Below are positions 24,254 to 37,311 of a stretch of DNA of 64,000 nucleotides, piece after piece. The stretch's first letter is position 1; each line of letters begins with the position of its first letter. The DNA is from Hormiphora californensis (taxonomy: Eukaryota > Animalia > Ctenophora): NCBI GenBank assembly GCA_020137815.1, contig CM035350.1, positions 6,200,001-6,264,000 on the forward strand, written 5' to 3'. Made by a program: the position numbers and the translations under genes. Below the pieces are notes generated by a model. The model searched no databases and was not told the origin of the DNA. It saw nothing but the letters and a program-made list of their open reading frames with translations.

Positions 24254-25886
24254 CTATGATTTCACGGGAAGAGTCTGGTCATGGTAGGGCACAGGCCCGG
24301 GAAGATCTTGAACCTGGCACTCCTGAAGGGTTGAAGATATCTCCCCTAGCTGGGCCTTCACTTTCGTCAGGTGCTCGTTAAACTGCAGCATCTCCTGGAT
24401 TAGTGTCGTCCGTACCTGACAACAGAGAGAATATTAGTAATTACATATAGTGCAGTCCGTACTACCACAAAACTTGGTCATAGTCACCCGATCTACTCAG
24501 TCAACTTAGGGTAGCGACTTGCTATTTGAAATGGCGGCTAATTTGAAACACTCCTTCTACAGGCCAGCAGGTGCATATCAAATAGCCAGTCGCTACCCTA
24601 GTCATACAAATACAATGTGTTACTATGACTACCAGTAAATTAACTGAGTAGACTTATATGCCACAGTACTGACCAGTTTAAGTGCTAGCTGGTGGCTCTC
24701 GGTAACATCCTCCGTAGTAGCTGCTAGAGTTGTAGAACCATTGAGAGAGATATCAGCTATCAGGCTATCAAAGTTTAGGGTTCTGTCTGTCTTCTGCGTC
24801 AATCTCCGCCAGGTCTTCTCCTTCTGTATGCAGTACATGGACAAGAGAACACCGCATAGCCATGTGGTGTACTCACTCCAGTTCACCTAGGGAAGAGTGG
24901 GTTATGTGTAGGGTGCACAATGCACATGGCCTGGTGTTCCACAAAGTGGAACGAAATGAATCGCAATTCGCATCAATTCTATCCTCCTCGAACTCATGCT
25001 GTAGTTTGAGCAATGAACAACTGTGTACTTTCATTATAAACGCGCTATGTGGTCCTTGCGCGCAATAAACTCTGGACAGTTTTGCGTCAGACTCAGAGTG
25101 CAAGAGTTAGAGTGTATCATCGTCTTAATCTCATGCTACGACGCGGTGATACCTCTACGACACGAGATGTCATGCAATCCACTAATGTTTCTCTCTCTCT
25201 CTCTGTTTGTTAGTGCCCCCCCCCCCCGCTGCTGCAGTGGTAACCATGGTAACGGAGTGTACCCACCTGGAGTGTTGGAGTAGTGGAGGACAAGAAACCC
25301 AATACTTCAATCAGATGAATCATCTTCTCTTCAGCTGTTACCGATAGTTGGTGCAATGATCCCACACACAAATCGATCTGAAAAACAGGGTTTGTATGAA
25401 CAAGATGTGGAAAGGGCGGGAAAATGACATATATTCAAAGTATGAAGTCTGAGGGTAGTAAAATGCCACCCAGAGAGGGCCACCCCACATTTCATTAATT
25501 GTTGTCTCTCCTCAGTGGAGACAACACTTTCTAAATATCGCCAGCATGTTCATAGTCCGGTTGTAACTCGCTTTGTCAGAAGACGAGTTGAATAAAACAA
25601 GAGATCAAACAAACACCGACTTAGGACGCTAGGAGCCCCTTTACTTTACTTGTTTTATGAGTACCGAAAAGGGTCATGTGGACACTGTCAGAGCATTGGC
25701 CTGACAGTGTGGACACGGTTCATCACCACTGAACTGCAACTATGACACTCCGACCCATTGTTCCCCCTTTCCCCAATACAATTCCTTTCTTCAATTGGAA
25801 AGGGCTGTGTTGCAAATTAAGCACCCACAACGCATCACAATGGGTGTGACAAGTGTGCTCACAATAGAAATAGCTATCACCTGGCG

Positions 25887-25936
<50 letters not shown>

Positions 25937-26971
25937 CTCCTCTCTCTCTTTTTTTTTTTTCTCTCTCTCCCCCTCTGCGGCTTCCTCTCTGCCCCGGGAA
26001 ATCTCCTGAAACGTACCCTAGGAGCGGAACGGTTTAAGGGAGACGGTCAATTTAGAGAGCATGTACCATGGTTCCGCGATCATGAAAACAAAAAGGAAAA
26101 GGGGGAGGTGAGGAGAGAGAGAGAGGGAGAGAAAAAGAAAGAGGGGAGGAGGAAAAAGAGAGAGAGAGAGAGGAGAGGAGAAAAGGGAGAGGAAGAGAGA
26201 AAAGGGAGAAAAAAGAGAGAGAGAGAGAAGGAAAAAAGGAGGAGGATTTAAAAGAGCCCCCCCTCCCTTTTTTTTTTTCTCCCTTTTTTTGAGGGGTTAA
26301 AAGGGGGGAAAGGAAAAGGGAAAAAAAGAAAAAGGAATAGTTTGGATAAAACCCAAAGAGGAAGGAACCATTCTCTAACTTGGGGAAAATCTTGAAAGAA
26401 ACACAGAGGAGCGGGGCCCCGAGGATACCCCAGAAGAGGATTGAGAAATCCATTCATTCGAGCTAATGAACAAAAGGCCCGTTGTGGGTGGGGTTTTATT
26501 CCATATCTTAACCACCATTCCTAATATCTGGACCACCCTCAAAATTTATCTCTCCTACTCTCTCTCCCTCTTTCCTACTCCCTTCCTCCCCCTGGGGAGT
26601 ATAAAAATGGGGTGTTCGAAAAACGGAGTAGAGCAACCCTGAATGTGTAAAAACATTTTAAAGGGAAATACCCAAATTTTTCTGACGGGCACATTTTGAA
26701 AACGGGTCAAAGAGGAAGGGGAACGGCAGGGTCCCAAAACGATGTTTTTTTTACAAATTCGTTCCCGGGATGAAGGTTTTTTTTAACTTAAAGGGGGGAT
26801 GGCAAAAAGAGCGTAGGAAAAGGGACGAACGAAAGAAAGAGCATCGGGTCCGGATCAACCTGACAAGACTCTAATCCTCATTGAGGGAGTAAGGTAGCGC
26901 TAAAGCTATTATGAGATCGGGTATCTTAAACCTTTCAAATTGCAGCATGTCCATTTTTCCATCCCTTATTG

Positions 26972-27016
<45 letters not shown>

Positions 27017-28169
27017 GGGAGTAATAACAATTGGGTGGCATTGTTCTTTGAAACAGCTGAGTAGAGAGTCATCACGTGATATAGTTGGTATAAAACACCT
27101 TTTCAAACGGGGCAGGTACCACCCATTTCTCTGAACTTTGATCGACACCTCTTTGATATATCTGAATCATCAACCTGAGCTGCACCACGGCATGAATATC
27201 CAAGACCTGCTATGTTGTCCTATTGACAACATGTCAGTTCCGGCAGTGAAGCGTTTTACTTGTAACGTTTGTGGGGAGGGGTTCCCGGAGCGTCCCCTTC
27301 TCTACCTCCACTACCGTGACACCCACCATCACACCCTGTTCTCCTGTTCCTACTGCTCCAAACTCTTCACCAGGCGGAGCTCCCTGAAGACACACACCCG
27401 GGTCCACACGGGAGAGCGGCCCTACACGTGCCTCACATGTGGGAAGAAGTTCACTCAGCTAAGCAATGTGCTGCAACACAACAGGGATGTCCACATCAGG
27501 GAGAAAAGGTTTAAGTGTGATCAGTGTGATAAGGCTTTTAGTAGACTGGAAACACTTGCAATGTCACATGAGGGTTCACACAGGGGAGAAGATCTTCAAG
27601 TGTTCGGTGTGTTCCAAGTCTTTCTCACAGAGAGCCAACTTGAAGGTTCATATGAAGGTTCATAAGAGGAAGGAAGCACCTAGAGGAGCTGAATTTGGAC
27701 TTTTTGCTGCCCACGTTGGCGCTCAAGATTGTATTTGACAATTATGTATCAATGGTAGCATGCAGTGCTTCTGTGAGACAGAGCTTTATTGGTTAGGAGG
27801 ACTGAACTCTGATGACTATGATTTTTGTCATGTTACAAGTAAAACTGTAGTTTTGTAACTCACCCAAGAACAAGACATGTCCCGGCGGCATCTCTCGCAT
27901 TGATAACTTCAACTGTATCTGTTATTTTACGTTTTTCCAACCTGCAATACCCTCATTATTTGGCCAGTGTCTTGTAAATTTATAAATTAAACATTTCATC
28001 AAGGTATCGGCATAATTCACACTCACACTTTTTGCAGATTAGCCAAGCCAGAACACACAGGGCAAAGTGTTACAGGCTTCAAGGGAGCATAAACGTCCTC
28101 TCTCACATTCACCAGGATGTCTGTTGCAGAAACCACATGACTTTCATTGACCTGCTGGAACCTGGGCAT
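24254..28169 (-). CDS. Unidentified multi-exon protein
   Basis: Acceptor-like CTTTTATAG just before the ATG at 28169. Phase-consistent GT-AG exons 28169-28025 and 27941-27864, and later exons 24887-24675 and 24416-24254. Middle exons are obscured by low-quality sequence. Confidence 0.55.
24507..24600. mobile_element. Internally deleted copy of the 9539..9769 MITE
   Basis: Same TAGGGTAGCGAC...GTCGCTACCCTA termini and left arm. Confidence 0.8.
27231..27738 (+). CDS. C2H2 zinc-finger protein (5 fingers), intronless, antisense-nested; one frameshift
   Basis: CxxC...HxxxH repeats with HTGERPY and HTGEK linkers across ORFs 27138 and 27466. Confidence 0.88.
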
Positions 28170-28482
28170 GCTATAAAAGAGGCGATACTGTACACGAAAT
28201 GTTAGTGATTATCACGATGCATGATACTATCATTAATAGCCACGCCCTCTGTGTTTGCGAGAAAGTTCACCACCTCCTCTTTTGGAGGAGGGTAAACTAT
28301 TTTCCCTGGGGCCTGGACTCTGGACCACTGACCAGCGTGTCCCTGTGCGTTCGGAGGAGTGGAAGCCCCCACGATCAAGGCCTACAAGCCCCGGTAGGTG
28401 TCGAGAGGGTATGGAGCATCGAGATGCTCCAGAGTTGTGAGTCCAGACCCCAATTTTAAGTTTAAAAAACTTTCAGAAACCC

Positions 28483-28625
28483 TTGGCCTATGCTACAGGC
28501 CCTAAAGCCGTGGAAAACGCGCGCACTTGGGGTCTGCAGCGCATGCCAACAGAAATCTTGGCAAACGTTGCTGGCCCCCTGTTCTGCGCCACGCGCAGCG
28601 CGGGATAAGGCAGCGCTTTTCAAAC
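28483..28625. repeat. Inverted-terminus repeat family (TTGGC...CAGGCCCC / GGGGCCTG...GCCAA)
   Basis: 28483..28549 is nearly the reverse complement of 48533..48603. GATAAGGCAGCG...CTTTTCAA matches 49246..49272 reversed. Confidence 0.75.
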
Positions 28626-29350
28626 AGAAACCCCTCCATTTTTTAAAAAGCAAATTCACCCGATTTTTAAAAAATGCAAATGTTCGGGTAGGATAAACGC
28701 GCCGCGCGCTTCGTTTTTGCAGCGCTTTTTCATTTATTCTGCTGCGGCTAAAAAGACTGCGCCAGTATTTGGCCTCCCCGCTCTATCGGGGTCGGGGTTT
28801 TTGAGTTATCCCCTCCTCACATCCAAGGATATAACAGGTGCAAATAAAAACGCTCGTTTCCAGTATGACAGTAACATAGCAATGACATGAACCATTCAGA
28901 ATTCAGAAGGTAAAATTTACCAAAAATTCTGGATTACAAACTTAGAAACAAAGTCAACATTTATAATACTTCAGCCGAACGAGACAAATTAAAAACTTCA
29001 AATATTAGCGGATATCGCTTACAAACACAAATACAACATTTTCTCGCTAGTTGGTATCTCTTTTTCCATGCATCGGCGGTAATAGATTCTTATTCAAAAC
29101 TGAATATAAACTGGGACATACACTGTTCGTTGCTTTTCTTGTCGCTGCGAATTGGCATTATAATGATAATAATATCATACTTGTATAATTATATAGTAAA
29201 CCCCGGAAAACAACAACAAAATGTACACTAACACAAATATAACACGCATCACGCGGTGTCTAACACAATATAGAGCTGCTCTAATCTATAACATCTAACA
29301 CTACTACTTGATATATCCCCTCCTCAATGAGGAGGGAAGAAGATGCTGGG

Positions 29351-32081
29351 TCAGGGGAGAAGTTGTCGAAGTGCCATGTCCTCAGCAGCTTCAACTGCAT
29401 TCTGGTAGCGTACATAGGTATCCGCCATCTCATCATCATATCTCACATTGAAGGAGAGTAGAAAGGGGGAAACACGGTCACTGTCAAGGACCTCCTGACT
29501 CTTATCATCCAGCCAACGAACACGATATCTAGAGAGGATTAGTTGATTAGACGATAGTTTTAGATGTTTTTAGTTCCATTCAGAATCTGGAAAACTGCCA
29601 GAAACTAAGAGGACAGCGATATTTAGGTGCCGGCAGGCACCTCCGACCCGAAGAAAACAGGAAAAAAACACAGAAAAAAAACGAAATAACCTACTTGTCT
29701 GGAGATGGTATGGCTGAGATTGTAGCAGGCCACCACTCATCTTCAAAGGTACCCCAAACAATACTCCCCTCTCCTAAACCCTTCTTAACGTCCCGCTCAG
29801 CCGCATCCAACGCGTCTTTCCACTCCTAGAGAGTGAACAGGGAAGTTATGGTATATGTAGAAACTATAATAATAGATAGTGCTGTTTTGAAAGGGGTTCT
29901 CTGAGTTAACCCCCTTGCCACTCAATGGAAAAACGGGGGGAGGGGGACTTGAAAACATACACTCACTTTGCTATCCTTGAATGGATCATAAGAGAGGCGG
30001 TGTTCATGGCAATCCATCGTAGTACCAACTGGCGTTACTTTTTGCAATCTGCATCACCTCATTTGTACCATAGAACGATACACAGATAGTGAGACCTGGA
30101 TGAAGTTGAACATGTGTGAGAATCAATAAACATGTTATAAAAATACTCCTATACGATTCCCCATAATAGATAAGGGTCTCGACTCTCAGGGTCTCAACTC
30201 TCAAGTCTCACCTGTAACTGAGATGACACGTCCAGGCCAGTAGGGTCTCCCCGGTCCCAGGGTCCTCTTTGCCACAATGACATCGCCCATACCAAATGGG
30301 TTGTGGTGCTCAGTGAACTTGTCCGCTAGTTTCTGAATCTCCCCCTCATTCATCCTCTTTTTAGCCTCAGCCAACTTTAAACTCCGGGGCCCGCTCCTCG
30401 ATTTCCCTCGGGCTATCACCAGTTTCAACTTCCTAGGACACCACCGGGGCCACTCTAGGTCCATGTAGTTCAGCTTGCCACTGTTGCTCATAAGGGTGCT
30501 GTATAACAAATCCAAATCATCACATGATAGGGACTTGGCGAACTTTTGTCGGAATGTGTCTGCAGCTTTGATGTCAGCAGGGGTCGTTGGGTTCTTCATC
30601 GAAGCAGGCCGGGCCGGGCTATGGTGAACTGTTGGAGATGATTTAGAGATACTCTCTGGGACACTGGGACTAGCGGTTTGTTTTGATGTTGAAGGTTTAG
30701 CAGGTGGCTGAGCTTTCAGGAATTTAGCCCCGAATTTAGGTTTCGAGGGCGAGGGTCCGTCACACTTTTGTTTCTTTGCCAGGGGACCAGCAGCAGTGCT
30801 ACTACCGGAGGATTTAGTTGACTTAGCAAACTCCACCTTCTTAATGAGTTGTTGGAGTGGTTGGGGAGGTTGCTCGTCCATGGAGGATGACGCACTAGAA
30901 CTACGCTGTTGGAGGGCCTTTAGATCAGTGTTGGACAACTTGAATAGCTGTCTAGCCGGGGAAGGCCTTGCTATCACCGGAGCCCTTTCTAAAGAGTCAC
31001 CGTCAAGGGAAGATGCACCTTCTGAGCATCCATTCTCTAACGACAATCCTGCAGGGGGGGGTTAACAACTTTTGTGGGACCAGAATAAAAACAGATTAAA
31101 GTGCTAGAAACTGGGAACTATATAATGGGATTCCTACCAAGTTTAGTTTTCAGCTTCTTGTGGTATTGTGCCGGTAGTTGCTCAGCCACGAATCTACCAG
31201 GGACAGAACGTCCATTCTTGACCATGACTTGCCTGATAAGGGAAGTAGGGGGTTAGATGAGTAATGTAAAACGATCTGACATTGTCACAGAATTGTCCTG
31301 ATTCTATTCTCATTTCTTTCACAGAGCATTGTTCCTGACAAATCTGACAGCGCTCTGCAACCAACCTGATATTATGAGACACCAGCACGCCACTGTACAG
31401 TTCACCTCCAACATTATAAGTCACAAAGATGGTATCGCCAGTACGGTGCTCCACATCACACAGAATCTTGTCAGCTGCAGGCCGGAGGGTGGGCGCCCCA
31501 CTCCGGCTAGTAACAGGGGCCAATGTCCTAGCTCCACCCCCACCCGTGCTGGACATCGGGTGCTCCTTGACATAGGAAGTGATTATCCGGGCTCTACTTT
31601 CCAGCTCGGAGATACTGACAGAATGGCTATTTAGCACTAGAGGGTTCTTCCTTTTCAAGGTGGGGGAGTACATCATGGGAGAGAGGTTAACAGTTTTTGA
31701 TCCCCCACCATTGCTACCAGCTGGAGGTTTAGCGGGGGATCCTTTACGGAGTATATTAGGCTGGAGTTTAGTTGGTGTTTTAGTTGGTGTTTTAGTAGGT
31801 GTAGTAGACTTCTTGTTACTGGTGTTAGGAGGTGTTTTTACGGGTGTCAGTTTCTTGTTTACGGTGATTTTAGTAGTGTTAGAAGAAGTAGAGGAGCTAG
31901 AAGACATCTCAGCCGGGTGCTTGGTAGTTGCAGGAACTATTGGTGTCTTGATTTGGTATGGTTCAAGTTTCACACTCGGCCGGCTCGGCAGATCAAACAC
32001 CCTCAGCTGTTCTTTCTTACTTTTGCTCCTGTAAGTCTGTTTGACAGTGTGAAGTCGGGGCGAGGGAATTTCACAGTTCAT
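29351..32081 (-). CDS. Double PWWP-domain chromatin protein (PWWP2-like)
   Basis: GDVIVAK...PYWPGRV and GSIVWGTFEDEWWPATI domains, plus a VGGELYSGVL motif. Multi-exon. Confidence 0.75.
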
Positions 32082-32777
32082 GTTTTATCCTCTAATGACA
32101 TGTCCTATACAGGGAGGGAGGGAGTGTGAGAGTGTATTACACACTGTACGTTCTATATCTCAGTGCCTGGTTGGGACAATTAGCGGTTGTTTCGCCCCAA
32201 ATCGGCTATTTCCGACTTGGCATTGTTGTGCGTGCGCGTCACAACGCGCGACACCAACTATACTTTCATAAGAGCGGTGTCGCGCGGCTGCTAGTCGCGA
32301 AGATGTCTCGTATGAGCAAATAGCTTCCTCTCATTGCCAGTGCTGTGCTGCACTTCACTGCCTCAGCCACATACCACATGATATGCCATATTGGGTTTAG
32401 GAAAGACTCGATGGTGTGGATTAAAATTAACAAAATAACAACGAATCCATTAATAGAATCTCTGGCTTTCAGTCTAGTTCAGCACAGTTTTTTCTTTAAA
32501 CAAATGATGGATGACTCCGGTCGGTAATTAGGGGTTCACGCCTCACACACACAAACCACTACATATTAACATACTGGGATATTAAACATACAAAAAGTAA
32601 TTTCGCTACAAAAATCTAAATCATTTTTGAGCCAATACAGTATTACAGATGGAGGAGATTACATCTTGGATTAGTAAAAAAGAGAGGATAATTCATCGCT
32701 CTAAAACAACTTTTACATTCTAACAGATCAGTAGAGATCAACGTCACATGAATGGACACACCCTCTAGGAAGATGGG

Positions 32778-35700
32778 TCATTGTTCCAAACTAAACCGAG
32801 GGGGTGGCGTTGGTTTATCTGACCCGGTGGAAGGATTCCGGCTGTGTGTAGATGCTCCAGAAGCATTCCGCGAGTGGGCACCCCGTTTAATTGACGGAGA
32901 TGAGTCGATGATGGTGTCTTCCTTAGGAGCAGGTGATGGAGGCGGTTTGTCGGCGACTGGAGGGGGAGCTGGAGATGGTTGTCGCTCTTCCTCCTCCTCT
33001 TCCTCGTCTGTATCTCCGAAGGGGTTCAAGTTGCCCCCAGCAGGTGCTGGTGAGGCAGTTCTCACACTATCAACCATAGTGACCTGGGCCTCAGTAGGTT
33101 CTGGAGAGTTGAAGGGGTTATTCCTAGCTGCCACGGGCAGTTCCTTATCATTCAAGTTACCCGGTTCATTCCACTCGCTATCATCGTCATCTTCATCATC
33201 TCCAAAGGGATTCAGAGCAGTGGGCTTGATGTCAAGTTTGGGACTGGAGACAGATGTTTTGGGACTGTGTGTTGGTGTGGTGACTTTGCTCCATGATGGA
33301 CTCTTCAGGTCCTGTACAGGGCTGGCCTCTCTGCTTAACATGGCTGGACTGGAGGGAGTCTTGTCAAGATCCTGACGGGGCGGGGGAGCTGGGGCTCCCA
33401 CCCTTTTTAATGGCGTCGGTGCTTTGCCCTTCTTGTGTGTTCTAATGGAACCCCGAGCGGGAGAAATTCCGCTAACTGTCATAGACCGCTGGGTGGGTGC
33501 GGGTCTGGCAGTCGCTTCTGCGGGCAGGGGGTCGGGGAAAATTACAGAGTAGTGATTTATCATTAGTTCAACTAGGGTAGAGGAGGCGTTCAGGGCAGTG
33601 ATACTCTCTCCCTCCTCTTCAGCCTGGTTCCGCAGAATATTAGGACCTAATACAAGACCCAGGTTGCTGGAACCCATCTTATTCTGGGCCTCCTTACCAG
33701 CCACCTGGCTGAGGAACCAAATCAAATACTGAAGATTGGTTAGGAACGGAGTGGGAAGTTTCTGTACCAGTTCCTTGCACCTCACAAGTCGCTCTGGGAC
33801 CCGTGATATAGCCACACATCCCACCCAATCCTCAAACATGGTGTATGTGAGGAGTGGTTCAGGCAGCTCCCTTAGGTACATCTTGATCGCCTGGCCGAGA
33901 GTGTAAACATCTTGTTCCCACTCTTCTTCCTCCATTCGGTTACTATCAAACATGGCCTTGAGTTTTCTGAGCTGGGGCAGTCCTCCAGCTAACCGGAATA
34001 TACCGGGCTGCTCAATTCCCGATCGGATCAGAGAGGAACAGCACTTGTGAAGGACGGAGGCGATGGGACGTCCCGTTATCTCCAGATGTTTCTCTAGATC
34101 TGTTCCAAAAACTGGGGTATTCGCTTTCTCAAACTTGACTTGGAGGGCAGGGACATTTTGTTTCAAGATTCCCGCTAGATCCACGTACAGCTTCTGGTAG
34201 CAGGCTAGAAGGCCCTCCAGGGGGCTACTGTGGTCCCGTTCTTTGCTACTGAAACTCAACAGGGCGGTAATATACGTGTCCTGTGCCATATGAAACTGAT
34301 TCTCCGAGTTCTCCTTTTCTGCAACTAACTGGGCGTGAACGGGATCCGACTCATCAATCTGCTTCTTCTCCTTTCTCTTTAGGGCACTATGAGCTCCATC
34401 CAGATCCAGACGGGCCTTCGACAACTTCCGTCTCAGCATCTCAATATCCCGGATGTCGGAGAGAATGTTGCTCATCGGGTCGATAACTTGTTCCTTATAG
34501 TCCATCTCAAACCTGACGTAGTTCTTGGCGATCAGCTCCTGCGAATGGAAGGGTTGGGAAGCTAGGGAAGAAGGAGGGTTGGGAAGCTAGGGAAGAAGGC
34601 AAAAGGAGGGTTGGGAAGCTAGGGAAAAAGGCAAAAGGAGGGTTGGGAAGCTAGGGAAAAAGGCAAAAGGAGGGTTGGGAAGCTAATCAGGAGGGCTAGG
34701 GCTGAGAAAATCTCGAGAAAAAGGGGGGAGTTCTTGGATTTAAAGTTAATGGTAGGGGAAGGGTGGTTGAGAAATAGTTTGTGACAATAGTGGAGGAACG
34801 ATATTGTGGGGGCAATATATATACTGTCTGCCATGTCTGTGTGTGCGTGTGTGCAATTTTGTGCAAACCGAATTACACAGTATGTGTACACAAGTATTAC
34901 ACAATGCACAGGTCACAACTGCCATTTATTACACATGTGGTATCTCCATCTGAATACTGCCGTTATTTCTCTCTCTTTCTCACTTTGAAGTCTTTCTCCA
35001 TCTCCTCTTCTCTCTCACACTTCTCTGGTCTATATAATAACACGTACCATGGTTTCGCCACAATGGGAAAGTGATCCATGCAGAAAATGATTATCGTCCA
35101 CCACCTTTTTACCGTCGAGGAGGGCATTACCTAGTCCCCATGTTACTTGTTTTCTTGGTACGTTTCTCTGAATCGTCCAGACTCTCTGCGTTCCTATACG
35201 ATGGCTGAAATAGGTTAGGGTTACAAGTTTGTCGTTAGGACTTAGGTTGTGGTGTTCTAACCCTCCTTTACATTTGTTTCGCTGTTCGGGGGGGGGGGGG
35301 GGGGGGGGAAACAGGATGGAGTAAGAGTATGATGAGGAAAGGAGGTATGACAAGATGAGAAATTTGAAAACATAACATTTTTTTTCTGGATATAGACTGC
35401 TTCTCTAGACCAAATAGCATTGCAAACGACCAGTATTCATATAGTTAATGACAATTTAAGGCGTATATAATTGCTAGCCAGTGCACATGTGGTGCTCTGG
35501 CTAACCCCTTTTATACTACCTGGGACTCATTAACTATAATAAAACACACGTTATTCATGTGGTCCAATCTCCTTACAAACTAATAGGAGAGGGCACTCTT
35601 TTGTGAGACATATCCCTGTTATAGCATTTCCCAGACTTCTTGCCGGTGCTATTGGGGCATTAGTAATAATTCATTAATTCATTAATCCATTAATAATTCA

Positions 35701-36069
35701 CACCAGTGAACTTTGTAACTCGATGCATAAATTATTCCGGACAAAATGAGCTAGTGAACTCTTTTCTCTGCCCTTTTGCACCTGCAAATTATCCTACTAA
35801 CTTTGTTTGTACGTTCCGGTGCCCAAACACCCCCCCCTCCTAATTTCTCGCCCCTTTGCAGCTGTATAAACACCTTATATACTTACCAAAGATTCTGTAG
35901 CCTTTTTTAGTGCAGCCGTGTACACTGTTTTGAGTTTCTGTACATTTTCCTCGACCTCGACCAACTCTGGGGACAACTCCTGCGTTTTCGTTGTAGTTTT
36001 GTCAACCGTCTCATGGACCGTTCTGGTTAACCTCTGTAGGTTCTTCTTAAAAGCGAGTGCATGGCTCAT
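32778..36069 (-). CDS. BAR + RhoGAP protein (ARHGAP17/ARHGAP44/SH3BP1 family)
   Basis: BAR helices, then PVFGTDLEKHL, GIFRLAG, YLRELPEPLLT, NKMGSSNLGLVLGPNIL, and an NPF/Pro-rich tail. Exons ~36069-35887, 35202-35049 and 34540-32778. Confidence 0.9.
34548..34686. repeat. Intronic minisatellite (~25-32 bp units)
   Basis: GGAGGGTTGGGAAGCTAGGGAA... repeated about 5 times. Confidence 0.9.
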
Positions 36070-36482
36070 TCTGCGCTACGGAGAGGGAGATGTTATGATA
36101 ATGTTAGCATTTAACTACCAATAGGGAAGCAGAGAAGGGGTTGCAAAATACGAAACAATATAGTTGTAATTTCTGAGATCTAAGGAAACTGGGAGGGGCG
36201 GGTTTTAAACACAAATGTTGAAACACGCACGTGTGTGTAGGTGATGAAACAAAGTGCAGCGAAATGGGGGAGAAATGGGCGAGGGAAGGAAGAAATGAGA
36301 GAAATGGGTTAGAAAAAGAGAGATAAATTGTGTAGTGAAGAGAGAGAAAATTAAAGAAAATTAATAGACTGAGATTCGAATTAACAAAACGCATGTTGTC
36401 GTATGATACAGCACACTCAGTAAGTATAATGCACTCGTACACACAAATAACACATACATATGAAACCATTTATAAGCATATA

Positions 36483-36584
<102 letters not shown>

Positions 36585-37311
36585 TCATATTGTTATCGTG
36601 ATATTGTAAGCACATACTGCTGGTGAGACTGATTTGTGTTGACCCTAACAGTGGCGGTACACTAACGCAAACATAACCCGCACACGCCTTTATAAAGTAG
36701 AAATGATAGCCAGAATGAGAGAGATAGTCTAAAAAGAGAGGGTGAGAGAACGGTAGTGTAAAAAAGAGAGAGAGTGGAAGTGATTATCAAAGATGCTAAA
36801 AATACGTGCCCACATCGAGATACACATTAGTGCAGTGTACGGAAAAAGGGAGGAAGGTAGATCATCAAAAATTGGTAGAAAAAGTTGAAAAAAAACCTGT
36901 GATAGTAGAAGGAAGGGCAGAGAGATTTGAAAAGAGTCGAGAAATGAGAATATATGATATTGTGAAATGCAAGAAGGGCCAGAGGATAGTGACATTCAAG
37001 CTAATATAACTTCCAATAATGGCGATATATTCGCTCCTTCTGTCGCTCGCCCTCCCTCTCGACTCTCATCATAGCAGTGTATCACTCTCAAAAATCGCAA
37101 GAAATGATATGAAACCTTCACAGGATCACGGCTCAATAAACTGCACTGCGTGTACCGCGATGAGCAAAATGTGCAATTTTCGTGTGCAGCACTGTATGCC
37201 ACTTCATATAATGGATAAATAAACGGGGATAAAATTTTAAAAGATATAATATTATCTAGACATCTGGCGCGTCAAACACTCTCATGGTACATATTCTGGT
37301 GAACGAGTCCC

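Noticed and set aside
25889-26860. Purine-rich, homopolymer-rich segment as a structured element
   Set aside because: It resembles low-quality sequence following a microsatellite, with no consistent repeat unit or coding signal.
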